A stretch of DNA of 64,000 bases from Lacunisphaera sp. (GCA_041909435.1 JAYRDK010000013.1:55-64054); one strand, 5' to 3'. Counted from the stretch's first letter, positions 31,836 to 43,563 are shown. Made by a program: numbers and translations. Notes: a model not told the origin generated them from the sequence alone.

Positions 31836-32393
31836 CTACGGCTTCGCCGCGGCCTCGCGCAGGGCCTTGGCGGCCTCGGGGTCGGTCTGCTCGGCGGCCT
31901 TGGCGATCGTCAGCACGTCATCCATGAACTGCCGCTTCTGGGCGATGTTGTAGTCCTCGCGGGCGCGCTCGGCGGCGCCGGTGCCGAAGAGCGGCAGCGT
32001 GAATTTGTTCAATGCGCGGTCGAGGGCGGTGAAGTTTTTCTTCACCAGCTCGTCGTTGAAGGCCTTGGGGCCGAGAATCGTGTGGTCGCCCAGCCGCGGA
32101 CGGGGGCGCGGCTGCTGTTTCACGGTCATCTTGGGCAGTTCGAGGACCTCGGAGTCGGCGGGGGTGGTCTCCGAGCCGAGCTGGCTGGCGGGGGCGCGGG
32201 CGATGGATTGCGCGCGGATGTCGGCCAGCTTGAGCGGATCGACCGGCTTGGGCAGCGTCGCGTTCAGCTGCTGGGCGACCTCGGCCGAAAGCGGGGACGG
32301 GGTCGCGGCCGGCGCGGGCTCGGGCGCCGGCGGCGTCTGGGCGGCGGCAGAAACGGTCGCAAACAGGGCCAGGGCGATGGCGGACGGTTTCAT
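31836..32393 (-). CDS. Hypothetical secreted protein, paralog 1
   Basis: Signal peptide MKPSAIALAL; VLELPKMTVK and ALNKFTLPLFG motifs shared with the neighbour. Confidence 0.75.
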   Translation of the reverse strand: MKPSAIALALFATVSAAAQTPPAPEPAPAATPSPLSAEVAQQLNATLPKPVDPLKLADIRAQSIARAPASQLGSETTPADSEVLELPKMTVKQQPRPRPRLGDHTILGPKAFNDELVKKNFTALDRALNKFTLPLFGTGAAERAREDYNIAQKRQFMDDVLTIAKAAEQTDPEAAKALREAAAKP

Positions 32394-32443
32394 GGTAAGG
32401 TGATTGGACAGAAGATAGCCCCGAAGTTTCCGGGATGCATGCA

Positions 32444-33010
32444 TTATTTTTTGCGGCCGTCGCCAGCCGGGCGACTCCGCCAATACTCGGCTTGATCCAT
32501 CTTTACCCGCTCTTTTTCGAGATCGTCGCCGGCTCCGGGATCGGCGGTCGAGATGACTTTGAAGAGGCGGTGCACATGGTGGAGCTCGGACATCTTCTTC
32601 TGATTTTCGTAGGCGGCGCGGGCCCGGGCTGCCGGTGAGGAGCCAAAGAGCGGAATATACCAGCTGTTTAGCGCCCACTCCACGTCGGTGAGCGACTGTT
32701 TGTAGGCCGCCATGGCCTTTTGCTGAACAGCCTTGTTCATCAACCACACATCCGGATCATGGGTGGGCGGGCGCTTTTCCTTCACGGTGAATTTCGGCAG
32801 GGCGAGCACGTTCGGGTCGGTCTCGGTCCCATCGCTTTTGGGCTGGTCCAGGACCGGCGGCGGCGGCGGGGTGAACTTCGGCAGCGTCACGCGGATTTCC
32901 TGCGTGAGGCGGGCGGAGGTCTTGCGCTCCGGCGCCGGTTCGGCCGGCTCCTGCGCCGCGAGCGGTCCGGCCACGGCGAAAACAAGCAGGTGAAAGCCGG
33001 TGGGTTTCAT
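32444..33010 (-). CDS. Hypothetical secreted protein, paralog 2
   Basis: Signal peptide; VLALPKFTVK and ALNSWYIPLFG motifs. Confidence 0.75.
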   Translation of the reverse strand: MKPTGFHLLVFAVAGPLAAQEPAEPAPERKTSARLTQEIRVTLPKFTPPPPPVLDQPKSDGTETDPNVLALPKFTVKEKRPPTHDPDVWLMNKAVQQKAMAAYKQSLTDVEWALNSWYIPLFGSSPAARARAAYENQKKMSELHHVHRLFKVISTADPGAGDDLEKERVKMDQAEYWRSRPAGDGRKK

Positions 33011-33088
33011 CGTGGGGGCTCCGATGAGACACTCGGACCGGCCGATGTTTCCTGCAAGCCGGGGAATTCCGCCCGGCGGGGATTCACC

Positions 33089-34087
33089 CTACTTTAGCGA
33101 CTGGGCGAAGGCGCGGAGCCGCGGCCAGTGCAGGTCGGGGATGGCGGGACCGAGGTGCTGCACGCATTCGGCGCCGAGGGCGGAGCCCAGCGCGCCGGCC
33201 CCGGCGAGCGACATGCCGCGCAAATGGCCGTAGAGGAAACCGCCGGCCCAGGAGTCGCCGGCGCCGGTGGTATCGACCACGCGCTCGACCTTGACGGGGG
33301 CGATGCGGTGAAGCTCGGAACCCCGGGCGACCCACGCGCCTTCCTTGCCGATCTTCACGCAGGCGATGCCGCCGTAGCCGGCGAGCTTGCGGGCGTAGGC
33401 GTCGTAGGAGGCGTCCTTCTGGAAGAGCGCGCGGACCTCGTCCTCGTTGGCGAAGACGACGTCCACGCCCTGCTGCAGCTGGGCAAGGATCCAGTCGCGG
33501 GCGACGTTGACGACCTCGAAGGAGGAGAGCTCGAGGCTGATGGTGCAGCCGGCGGCGCGGGCGGTGGTGGCGACCTTCTCGGCGAGCGCGGGGTTGAACA
33601 TCAGGTAACCCTCGATGTGGGCGTGTTTCGCGCCGGCGAAGTCCGCCGCGGTGATCTCGTCCGGGCTGAGCGTCATGGCGGCCCCGAGGTGGGTGCGCAT
33701 GGTGCGCTGGCCGTCGGGCGTGACCATCGAGAGGCAGCGGCCGTTGGGCGCGGCGGTGTGCTTGAAGCGGGAGCCGTCGCCGCCGGCGGCGGTGAAGTTG
33801 GCGCGGTAGTCGCGGGCGGTGACGTCGCCGCCGATCTTGCCGAGGAAGGTGGTCCTCAGGCCGAGCTTGGTGGCGCCGAGCACGGCGTTGGCGGCGGAGC
33901 CGCCGGGGGTGACGGCGTAGTCGGTGCCGAGCTTGGACACGAGCGACTCGATGTCGGTGTCGTCGACCAGGACCATGCCGCCCTTCTCGCCGGCGACGTG
34001 GGCCGTGAGGAAGGACTCGGGGACGTGCGCGAGCAGGTCCATGATGGGGTTGCCGATGCCGATGAGTTCGAAGGAGGACGAGGACAT
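33089..34087 (-). CDS. PfkB family carbohydrate / adenosine kinase
   Basis: GGSAAN and DTTGAGDSWAGGFLYG PfkB signatures. Confidence 0.92.
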   Translation of the reverse strand: MSSSSFELIGIGNPIMDLLAHVPESFLTAHVAGEKGGMVLVDDTDIESLVSKLGTDYAVTPGGSAANAVLGATKLGLRTTFLGKIGGDVTARDYRANFTAAGGDGSRFKHTAAPNGRCLSMVTPDGQRTMRTHLGAAMTLSPDEITAADFAGAKHAHIEGYLMFNPALAEKVATTARAAGCTISLELSSFEVVNVARDWILAQLQQGVDVVFANEDEVRALFQKDASYDAYARKLAGYGGIACVKIGKEGAWVARGSELHRIAPVKVERVVDTTGAGDSWAGGFLYGHLRGMSLAGAGALGSALGAECVQHLGPAIPDLHWPRLRAFAQSLK

Positions 34088-34096
34088 GAAGAGATT

Positions 34097-34184
34097 GTTC
34101 AATGTTCAGTTTTCATCGTTCAATGTTCATTTGGGCGAAGCCGGCGATGAACGATGAACATTGAACGATGAACAATGAAAATTA
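34097..34184. repeat. Inverted pair of 7-nt periodic arrays
   Basis: GTTCAAT GTTCAGT TTTCATC GTTCAAT GTTCATT facing ATGAACG ATGAACA TTGAACG ATGAACA ATGAAAA. Confidence 0.75.
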
Positions 34185-34192
34185 AGCAGGGC

Positions 34193-36346
<2,154 letters not shown>

Positions 36347-36364
36347 CAGTCACGACCCACCCCC

Positions 36365-37162
36365 ATGATCTTTAATCCCAAGAAGCTCCTCCTCCTCGCC
36401 GGCCCCTGCTCGCTGGAAAACGAGCAGGTCTGCCGCGCCGCGGCGGAGACGCTGGTCAAGATCGGCAGGAAGCACCCGGAGCTGACGATCGTTTTCAAGG
36501 GTTCGTTCGACAAGGCCAACCGCACCTCGCTCAGCGGCGACCGCGGCCCGGGCATGCATGAGGGCCTCGCGCTGCTCGCGCTGATGAAGAAGGACTACGG
36601 CTTTCCGGTTGTCACCGACTTCCACGAGCGCCAGCAGGCCGCCACGGTCGCCGAGGTGTGCGACGTGCTGCAGATTCCCGCGTTCCTCTGCCGCCAGACC
36701 GACCTGCTGCTCGCCGCCGCCGCGACGGGCCGCGTCGTCAACGTGAAGAAGGGCCAGTTTCTCTCGCCGCAGGAGATGGAGTTTGTCGTCAGCAAGCTGA
36801 AGCAGGGGAAGGCGAAGGAAATCTGGCAGACCGAGCGCGGCACGACCTTCGGTTACCAGAACCTCGTCGTCGACATGCGCTCCTTCGCCCAGATGAAGGC
36901 ACTCGGCGCCCCCGCAATCTTTGATGCCACGCACAGCGTGCAGCAGCCCGGCGCCGCGGGCGGCAAGACGGGCGGCAAGCGCGAGTTCGTGCCGCCGCTG
37001 GCCCGGGCGGCCCTCGCCGCCGGTGCCGACGGCCTGTTCATCGAGACGCACCCGGATCCCGAAAAGGCGATCTCCGACGGTCCGAACCAGGTCCCGACGG
37101 CGGACCTGCCCGCGCTGATCGATTCGTGTGTGGCGGTGTGGAAAGCGGTGCGGGGCGCTTGA
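36365..37162 (+). CDS. kdsA: KDO 8-phosphate synthase
   Basis: [41 protein letters not shown] and ETHPDP motifs. Confidence 0.98.
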   Translation: MIFNPKKLLLLAGPCSLENEQVCRAAAETLVKIGRKHPELTIVFKGSFDKANRTSLSGDRGPGMHEGLALLALMKKDYGFPVVTDFHERQQAATVAEVCDVLQIPAFLCRQTDLLLAAAATGRVVNVKKGQFLSPQEMEFVVSKLKQGKAKEIWQTERGTTFGYQNLVVDMRSFAQMKALGAPAIFDATHSVQQPGAAGGKTGGKREFVPPLARAALAAGADGLFIETHPDPEKAISDGPNQVPTADLPALIDSCVAVWKAVRGA

Positions 37163-37164
37163 TT

Positions 37165-37226
37165 TGGAGGCGGGGTGCCCTCACCCCGCGAGGCTGCATA
37201 TGCGGGGTGGGGGCACCCCGCCTCCA
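37165..37226. repeat. TGGAG-type REP doublet
   Basis: Same arms as 31747-31823. Confidence 0.88.
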
Positions 37227-37305
37227 CCAAACGGGTTAACCGCCCCCTCCCGAATTGACGCGCACCCCGGCCGGCGCATGGTGTCAGCCAACCAAGCATT
37301 CCCTC

Positions 37306-37761
37306 ATGTCCACCTTCATCATTGACGTGCCCGTGCCCTCGATGGGCGCCACGGTGAGCGAGCTCACTGTCATCAACCTTGCCGTCGTCCCCGGGACGAA
37401 AGTCGCCAAGGGCCAGAAGCTCGCCGCGCTCGAGAGCGACAAGTCGGCCTTCGATTTCGAGTCGCCCGCCGAGGGCACTGTGCTCTCGATCATGGCGAAG
37501 AACGGCGCCGCCATCACCTCCGGCCAGCCTTTCCTTCGCATGGAGACGACCGACGAGAGCCTGCGGCACCTGGAAGTGAAGGTGGCCGCCGCTGCCGCCG
37601 CGGCCTCGCCGGGCAAGGTCCTGCAATGGACGCCCCGTGCCATCAAGATGGCGCAGGAAGCCGGGCTGGATCACGCGACGATCACCGACATCGAGGCCAC
37701 CGGCCCCGGCGGCCGGGTGTCGGGCGACGACGTGACGAAGTATCTGGCGGGCCGGAAATAA
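37306..37761 (+). CDS. Stand-alone lipoyl domain plus peripheral subunit (E3)-binding domain protein
   Basis: LESDKS lipoyl-Lys motif; TPRAIKMAQEAG...IEATGPGGRVSGDDV PSBD; no acyltransferase domain. Confidence 0.85.
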   Translation: MSTFIIDVPVPSMGATVSELTVINLAVVPGTKVAKGQKLAALESDKSAFDFESPAEGTVLSIMAKNGAAITSGQPFLRMETTDESLRHLEVKVAAAAAAASPGKVLQWTPRAIKMAQEAGLDHATITDIEATGPGGRVSGDDVTKYLAGRK

Positions 37762-37768
37762 GGCTTAT

Positions 37769-38213
37769 TTCACGCAAAGCCGCCAAGGCGCTAAGTTCAG
37801 GAGTCAGGAAGGCCAAGAACTACGCGATGGATGCCGTCCTTGATTAGTGGCGCCCCAAAATTGACCAGCAGACCAAGACGTTTGCCGGTCAATTTGAGGT
37901 AAGTTTTGAGCTGCTTCTTATGTGACGGGTGCAACTCCTCCACGGATTTGAGTTCGATAATGACGAGGTCGTTCACGATCAGATCAGCCCGAAAACCTTC
38001 ATCAAATTTCTGTCCACGATACTCGAATGAAATGGGTTGCTGCCTGACAACTGAGAGGCCGCGCAGTTCAAGCTCCCGGGCGAGGAGGGCTTCGTAGACA
38101 GATTCGAGCAGTCCCGGCCCCAACTCGGTGTGCAGCTTGAAGGCGGCATCAACGATTTCCCAGGATAGCTCGTTTTCGGTCATTCTCTTTGCGCCTTGGC
38201 GGCTTTGCGTGAA
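37769..38213. mobile_element. 445-bp cassette: 27-bp inverted repeats tightly bracketing a GxxExxY gene
   Basis: TTCACGCAAAGCCGCCAAGGCGCTAAG (37769-37795) versus CTTTGCGCCTTGGCGGCTTTGCGTGAA (38187-38213), 1 mismatch; interior about 52% GC versus about 75% in a sampled flanking line. Confidence 0.65.
37797..38183 (-). CDS. GxxExxY protein (PD-(D/E)xK-like fold)
   Basis: GPGLLESVY motif; FRADLIVNDLVIIELKSVE; QLKTYLKL; GLLVNFG. Confidence 0.93.
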   Translation of the reverse strand: MTENELSWEIVDAAFKLHTELGPGLLESVYEALLARELELRGLSVVRQQPISFEYRGQKFDEGFRADLIVNDLVIIELKSVEELHPSHKKQLKTYLKLTGKRLGLLVNFGAPLIKDGIHRVVLGLPDS

Positions 38214-38223
38214 CCTTTCTTCC

Positions 38224-41022
38224 TCAGTTCGCCGGCTTGGCCGTGCTCAGGTAGAGCCCGTTGAAGAGCAGCTTGAACGTGCCGTGCGTGCCGGCGCGGA
38301 AGGCGACCTCGGGTCCGAGCAGGTAGAGCTTGCCGGTGCCGACCGGCGCCTCGAGCGCGACGATGCCGTCGGCGAGATACGACTGGCCCCAGGCCCAGCC
38401 GCTGCGCATCGGCTCCCCGCTGGCGAACCAGGCGACGGGCTTCACGCCCCTGGCGACGGCGTCGGGCAGGAGTTTGAAGACCGGGCTGTTGTCGAAGTAG
38501 ATGTCGGCCGTGGCATCCAGCCCCCACGCCAGCGGGGCGGAGGGGTCGATGGCCGTGGAGAGGATGCTGCCGGGGATGTAGAATTTCTCGCGCGGCAGGC
38601 GGCGCTCCTTGCCGGCCGGTCCCATCTCGACCAGCGCGTTGCGCACGGGGACGCCCAGGTGGTAGGCGAGGTTGGTGCTGGTGCCGATGGTCACGATGCT
38701 GCCGCCCTGCTCGGTGAACTGGCGCAGCGCCGAGATGGATTTCTCCTCGGTGATGCTGCCGGTCCAGCCGCGGTAGGCCGCCGGCAGGTCGTCGCCGGTC
38801 GGGACCTTGACGAAGTATTCGCTCAGGCGCGGGCTCGGCGCGCCCATGGACTTGGGCAGCGGGATGGCGCCGTTGACGAAGACGATCACGTCGTATTTGG
38901 CGCGCAGGTTGCCGGCGTCGATCTGCTGCGGATAGACGACCTCGAAGGGGAACTCGAACTGCTCGAAGATCCAGCGCGTCCAGCCGGAGGGCATCGAGCC
39001 GCCATATTGGTCCCAGAGGGCGATGCGCGTGGGGGCGAGCTTGAGGGCGTCGCCGACGGACTTGAGCGTGACGGCGGTGGCGTCGAGGCCGAGCTCGGCC
39101 GCGGCCTTGGCGACAATGGGCTTCGCCGGCTCGGAGGCCGGGATGTAGAGCGAGCCCGCCCCGAAGCCGGGATGGCCCGCCGGCGGTGTCTTCAGCCAAT
39201 AAACGTCCGCGCCGGCCTTCAGGAGGCGGTTGAGGAGGATGAAGCTGTTGTTGGCGCGGTGGCTCACGAGCCAGCCGCCGGTGCCGGCACCGACCGTGCC
39301 GGCGGGCGGGTTCTGCAACTGGCCCCAGGGCAGGCGCTCGAACGGACCGTCGAAGCCGTCGAGGATGCGGTCGAACTTCACGCCCATCTGGTAGGCGATG
39401 GTCCAGCCGGCGGAGTCGTAGGGCGCCACGGGCGGTCCGCCCGCGTAGAGGAAGTCATTCGGGTGGTCCTGCGGTTCGAACATGTCGAGGACGAAGGGAC
39501 GGAAGGCCTGCGCGGTCTTCACGATGTAGGACCCGGCGGGATAGGTTTTCCCGGCGACCATGAAGTCCGCGGTGGCGCGGTGGATGGCGATGCCGGACTT
39601 CACCAGCGTGTTGATGAACTTCACCGCGGTCGGGAAGTCGGCCTGGTCGCGCGGGATGATGTAGCCGCGCGGGTCGCGCTGGTCGGGCTGCTTGAGCGCC
39701 TCGTCGTAGAACTTCGCGGGCACCACTGTGCCGCTCTGGCTGGCGAAGCGGAAGGAGTCGTCATCCGCCTCGGCGGCCTTGGCCGAGGGGGTGGCGGCGG
39801 TGCGCATGGCGGCGGCGCGCTTGGGCGAGAGCGTCCAGTGGTCGCGGCTGCCGCGCTCGATGGCGTTGTTCCCCATGTGCCAGATGTTGTAGAGCAGCTC
39901 GTCGCGGTTGCGGGCGGCGTAGTTGAGCACGGCATAGTTGGCCGTGAGCGAGTAGTCGACGGAGCGGCGGAAGTGCCAGGTCTGGGGCGGGACGGGGTAG
40001 GGCAGGTCGCCGGACGGGATCTGGCGCTCGGGGATGAGGGCGATCTGCATCGGCGTGGGGCTGCCGGCGGTCTCGGTGAGCAGGCCGATCATGTTGTGGA
40101 AATACACCGTGGTGCGGAGGCCGCCGTTCCACCAGGTGGAGAAGACGGAGCCGCGCTTCATGGTCGTGCCGGGTTTGTCCTCGGCGATCCAGCGGTTGTG
40201 CATGGCCGCGCCGACGGCGTCGAGCGACGTGATGATCAGCGGGTCGTAGAAATAATTGAAGGGATCGCGGTAGGGCGGGGCCGCGACGATGGTGCCCTGC
40301 GGGGCGGTCTGGTGGTGGTTGTAGACGATCTGCGGGAACCACTCGAGGTAGAGCTGCCGCGCGATGTTCGCGGACTCCTTCATGTTGGTCATCATGAAGT
40401 CGCGGTTGTTGTCGTGGCCGATGTATTTCTGGTAGAGCCGCGGCTCGCGGTCGACGATGCGCGACGCCGGGTCGGGCCGGCGCATATACCACGAGCTGAT
40501 CAGTTCCTGGCCGTCGGGGTTGGCGTGGGTGAAGAGGATGATGACGTTGTCGAGGATGCGGAGGGTCTCGGCGTCGGTGCGGCTGGCGAAGGCCCAGAGC
40601 GTCTCGACCAGCTGGGCGGCGCCGAGCGTCTCGGTGGCGTGGAGGCCGCCGTCGATCCAGATGACGGCCTTGCCCTCGGCGGCGAGGGCGCGGGCCTGTT
40701 CCTCGTTGAGGCCCTCGGCGCGGGCGAGCTTCGCGGCGATCTCCTTGTAACGATCGAGCTTGGCCAGGTTGGCCGGCGAGGTGCAGATCACCATGTATTG
40801 GCGGCGACCCTCCTCGGTGGGGCCGATGTCCACGAGCTTCAGGCGGTCGGACTCGGCGGCGAGCTTCTTGAAATAGGCCTCGGTCTGCGTGTAGGTGGCG
40901 AGCTGGTAGTCGTCGCCCATGTTGAAGCCGAAGTGCTCCTTCGGCGAGGTGAGGGCGAGCGCCAGCGGCGCGATGAACAAGGCGGCGGCACAGGCCGCCC
41001 GGCGGAACAGCGGGGATCTCAT
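38224..41022 (-). CDS. Secreted M14 zinc carboxypeptidase-like protein
   Basis: Signal peptide; IDGGLHATE (HxxE), NPDG, DNNRD and YNHHQ motifs; glutaminase-like C-terminal region. Confidence 0.85.
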   Translation of the reverse strand: MRSPLFRRAACAAALFIAPLALALTSPKEHFGFNMGDDYQLATYTQTEAYFKKLAAESDRLKLVDIGPTEEGRRQYMVICTSPANLAKLDRYKEIAAKLARAEGLNEEQARALAAEGKAVIWIDGGLHATETLGAAQLVETLWAFASRTDAETLRILDNVIILFTHANPDGQELISSWYMRRPDPASRIVDREPRLYQKYIGHDNNRDFMMTNMKESANIARQLYLEWFPQIVYNHHQTAPQGTIVAAPPYRDPFNYFYDPLIITSLDAVGAAMHNRWIAEDKPGTTMKRGSVFSTWWNGGLRTTVYFHNMIGLLTETAGSPTPMQIALIPERQIPSGDLPYPVPPQTWHFRRSVDYSLTANYAVLNYAARNRDELLYNIWHMGNNAIERGSRDHWTLSPKRAAAMRTAATPSAKAAEADDDSFRFASQSGTVVPAKFYDEALKQPDQRDPRGYIIPRDQADFPTAVKFINTLVKSGIAIHRATADFMVAGKTYPAGSYIVKTAQAFRPFVLDMFEPQDHPNDFLYAGGPPVAPYDSAGWTIAYQMGVKFDRILDGFDGPFERLPWGQLQNPPAGTVGAGTGGWLVSHRANNSFILLNRLLKAGADVYWLKTPPAGHPGFGAGSLYIPASEPAKPIVAKAAAELGLDATAVTLKSVGDALKLAPTRIALWDQYGGSMPSGWTRWIFEQFEFPFEVVYPQQIDAGNLRAKYDVIVFVNGAIPLPKSMGAPSPRLSEYFVKVPTGDDLPAAYRGWTGSITEEKSISALRQFTEQGGSIVTIGTSTNLAYHLGVPVRNALVEMGPAGKERRLPREKFYIPGSILSTAIDPSAPLAWGLDATADIYFDNSPVFKLLPDAVARGVKPVAWFASGEPMRSGWAWGQSYLADGIVALEAPVGTGKLYLLGPEVAFRAGTHGTFKLLFNGLYLSTAKPAN

Positions 41023-41118
41023 AGGGGGCCGCCACTCTTGCCGGAGGCGGCAGGCAGGCGACATCAAATTTGGTTTCTTGGATCACGGCCCTTGGAGCTA
41101 CAGCGGCCGGACATGCAG

Positions 41119-41180
41119 GTAGGGCGAGTCGTCCCGACGAGCCGCTTCGGAAGACGGCTCATCCGGAGGATTCGCCCTAC
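41119..41180. repeat. GTAG-type REP doublet, family A; supplies the rsmE stop
   Basis: GTAGGGCGAGTCGTCCCGACGAGCCGC ... CGGCTCATCCGGAGGATTCGCCCTAC. Confidence 0.88.
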
Positions 41181-41929
41181 CCGTCGAGGGCGTGACTCAG
41201 GATGCTCAAGGCGTAGACCGCCGCGGTGTCGCTGCGCAGCACGAGCGGTCCCAGCGTGATGGGTGAACAACCGGCCGTGAGGGCGGCGGTCATCTCGGCC
41301 GGGGAGAAATCTCCCTCGGGGCCGACGAGCCAGAGCACCTTGCGCGGGGCGTGGCCGTGTTTGGCGGCGTAGGTGGCGAGCGCCTGCTTCAGCGTCGTGG
41401 TGCCGGCGTGGAGGCTGGCGATGAGCTTCAGGTCGTAGCCGGTGGCGGCAGCGAGGAAGGAGGGGAAAACCTGCAGCGGCGTGATCTCCGGCAGCCAGGG
41501 ATTGCCGCATTGCTTGGCGGCTTCGATGGCGCCGGTGCGCCATTTCTCGACCTTCTTGTCCGCGCGGTCGCCGTCGAGGTGGACCTGCGTGCGTTCGCTG
41601 AGCAGCGGAACGATGCGCACGGCCCCGATCTCCGTGGCCTGGCGGACGATGTCGTCCATGGTCGCGCCCTTGGGCAGCGCCTGGCCGAGCGTGATTTCGA
41701 AGGTGCGGGGCCTGGCGGTGCGGGCCTCCTTCACCCGGAGCAGGGCGCCGCTCTTGCTGGCATCGGTGCATTCGGTAAGCCATTCGCGGCCGCGGCCGTC
41801 GAAGGCGGTCACCGCGTCGCCGCGGCCGCAGCGGTTCACGGTGACGAGATGATGGCTCTCCTCGGGGGCCAGCCGGATTTCCGTGGCGTCGGCGGAGGCG
41901 GCGGGAGCATAGGCGCGGAAGTCGGGCAT
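41177..41929 (-). CDS. rsmE: 16S rRNA m3U1498 methyltransferase
   Basis: HHLVTVNR, QALPKG, ATEIG, AAKQCG, VGPEGDFS and LGPLVLRSDTA motifs. Confidence 0.95.
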   Translation of the reverse strand: MPDFRAYAPAASADATEIRLAPEESHHLVTVNRCGRGDAVTAFDGRGREWLTECTDASKSGALLRVKEARTARPRTFEITLGQALPKGATMDDIVRQATEIGAVRIVPLLSERTQVHLDGDRADKKVEKWRTGAIEAAKQCGNPWLPEITPLQVFPSFLAAATGYDLKLIASLHAGTTTLKQALATYAAKHGHAPRKVLWLVGPEGDFSPAEMTAALTAGCSPITLGPLVLRSDTAAVYALSILSHALDG

Positions 41930-42027
41930 CGCCGGATCACTCTTGGGGAGAAAACCGCAAGGTCAACCGCGCCCGGGCGCGAGGTTGGCGCTGGCGAAAC
42001 GATCGGTCCGGCCTACATTGTCCGATC

Positions 42028-42231
42028 ATGATCGTCATCCGCCGCCTGATCGACCGGCAACGCGCCTACACCGCCATTTTTTTACCGGGGGAGGAGCCGC
42101 GGATCATCCCGACCACGGATTACGAGCACGGCCGGATCCTGCAGGTCTACAAGCAGGACAGGCCGCACGCGGACGTGCTCAATGACTTCACCGATTTTGG
42201 GCTGACGGGCCCCAAGAATACCGGGGAATAG
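42028..42231 (+). CDS. Small hypothetical protein (67 aa)
   Basis: ORF with host-like codon usage between rsmE and tRNA-Leu. Confidence 0.6.
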   Translation: MIVIRRLIDRQRAYTAIFLPGEEPRIIPTTDYEHGRILQVYKQDRPHADVLNDFTDFGLTGPKNTGE

Positions 42232-42263
42232 TTGGCAGGAGTTTTGACCTGATTCGCTTTCGG

Positions 42264-42289
42264 TCCGCCTTCGCCAAGGCTATGGCGGA
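42264..42289. repeat. Short hairpin repeat CCTTCGCCAAGGCT
   Basis: TCCGCCTTCGCCAAGGCTATGGCGGA; related copy in-frame at 16024-16044. Confidence 0.65.
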
Positions 42290-42321
42290 TGGATTTCTTT
42301 TCGCACCGAAAAGAAATCCAG

Positions 42322-42406
42322 TGCCCGGGGTGGGGGTCGAACCCACAAGCCTTTAGGGGGCGGCGGATTTTGAGTCCGCTGCGTCTGCCAATTCCGCCAC
42401 CCGGGC
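42322..42406 (-). tRNA. tRNA-Leu(CAA), CCA not encoded
   Basis: GCCCGGG acceptor stem; GGCGGAATTGGCAGAC D-arm; anticodon loop CT-CAA-AA; long variable arm; GGTTCGAC T-loop. Confidence 0.95.
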
Positions 42407-42462
42407 GACTGAGCCGGCGAGGCAAGCGCACGGCGCGGGGGATGTAAACCCGTTTTTGGGGG

Positions 42463-42514
42463 TGGAGGGCCGGCCTCACGGCCGGCCGCGGTCGGTCAGG
42501 AGACCGACCCTCCA
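42463..42514. repeat. TGGAG-type REP doublet
   Basis: TGGAGGGCCGGCCTCACGGCCGGCC-GC-GGTCGGTCAGGAGACCGACCCTCCA. Confidence 0.78.
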
Positions 42515-42527
42515 AAATAAGAGAATG

Positions 42528-43502
42528 CTACTTCGCCGCGACCTCGCGGTATTCGCCGAGGGCGCGGTAGCGCTCGTAGCGGGTATCGAGGAGCTTCTCC
42601 GTGGAGAGCTTGGCGAGTTCACCGAGGTGGTGGCTCAGGATCTTCCGGAGCGAGGCGGCCGCGGCGGCCGGGTCGTTGTGCGCACCACCGAAGGGCTCGG
42701 GGATGACGTCGTCGACGACGGCGAGATCCTTGAGGCTCCCGGCGTTGAGCTTGAGGGCCTCGGCAGCCTTGGGCGCGTTGGCGCGGTCCTTCCACAGGAT
42801 GGCGGCGCAGCCCTCGGGCGAGATGACGGAGTAATAGGCGTTCTCGAAGATGAGCACGCGGTCGGTGACGCCGATGCCGAGCGCGCCGCCGGAGCCGCCC
42901 TCGCCGACGATGATGGCGACGGAGGGAACCTTGAGCATCGCCATCTCGCGGAGATTGACCGCGATGGCCTCGGAGACGTGGCGGGCCTCGGACTCGACGC
43001 CCGGATAGGCGCCGGGGGTGTCGATGAAGGTGATCACGGGCAGGCCGAACTTCTCCGCGAGCTTCATGAGGCGGAGGGCCTTGCGGTAACCCTCGGGCTG
43101 GGGCATGCCGAAATTGCGGACGATGTTTTCCTTGGTGTCGCGGCCCTTCTGCTGGGCGATGATCATCACGGAGCGGCCCTCGAAGAAGGCCGTGCCGCCG
43201 ACGAGCGCCCGGTCATCGTTGAACTGGCGATCGCCGTGCAGCTCCTGGAAGTCCTCGCACAGGGCGGTGACGTAATCGAGGGCGTAGGGCCGCTTCGGGT
43301 GGCGGGCGACCTGCACGCGCTGCCACGGGGTCAGGTTTTCGTAGATGTCGCGCTTGGTCGCGTCGATCTTGGCCTCGATGGTCGCCAGTTCGGCGGACAT
43401 ATCGATGTTGTTCTCGAGGGACTGCTGGTGGAGGGCTTCGAGCTGTTTTTCGAGCTCGCGGAGCGGTTTCTCGAATTCCAGCAGGTAGGCGGGTCTTTCC
43501 AT
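42528..43502 (-). CDS. accA: Acetyl-CoA carboxylase carboxyltransferase alpha subunit
   Basis: ARHPKRPY, ELHGDR, RNFGMPQPEGYRKA, DTPGAYPG and GEGGSGGAL motifs. Confidence 0.98.
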   Translation of the reverse strand: MERPAYLLEFEKPLRELEKQLEALHQQSLENNIDMSAELATIEAKIDATKRDIYENLTPWQRVQVARHPKRPYALDYVTALCEDFQELHGDRQFNDDRALVGGTAFFEGRSVMIIAQQKGRDTKENIVRNFGMPQPEGYRKALRLMKLAEKFGLPVITFIDTPGAYPGVESEARHVSEAIAVNLREMAMLKVPSVAIIVGEGGSGGALGIGVTDRVLIFENAYYSVISPEGCAAILWKDRANAPKAAEALKLNAGSLKDLAVVDDVIPEPFGGAHNDPAAAAASLRKILSHHLGELAKLSTEKLLDTRYERYRALGEYREVAAK

Positions 43503-43563
43503 GGCGAAAGGCTACGGGTGGGCGCGGACGCCTGTCAACGGGCCTGTCCGGCGGATGCCCGGA

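Noticed and set aside
42147-42515. 122-aa ORF over tRNA-Leu
   Set aside because: It is a translation of the tRNA and flanking repeats.
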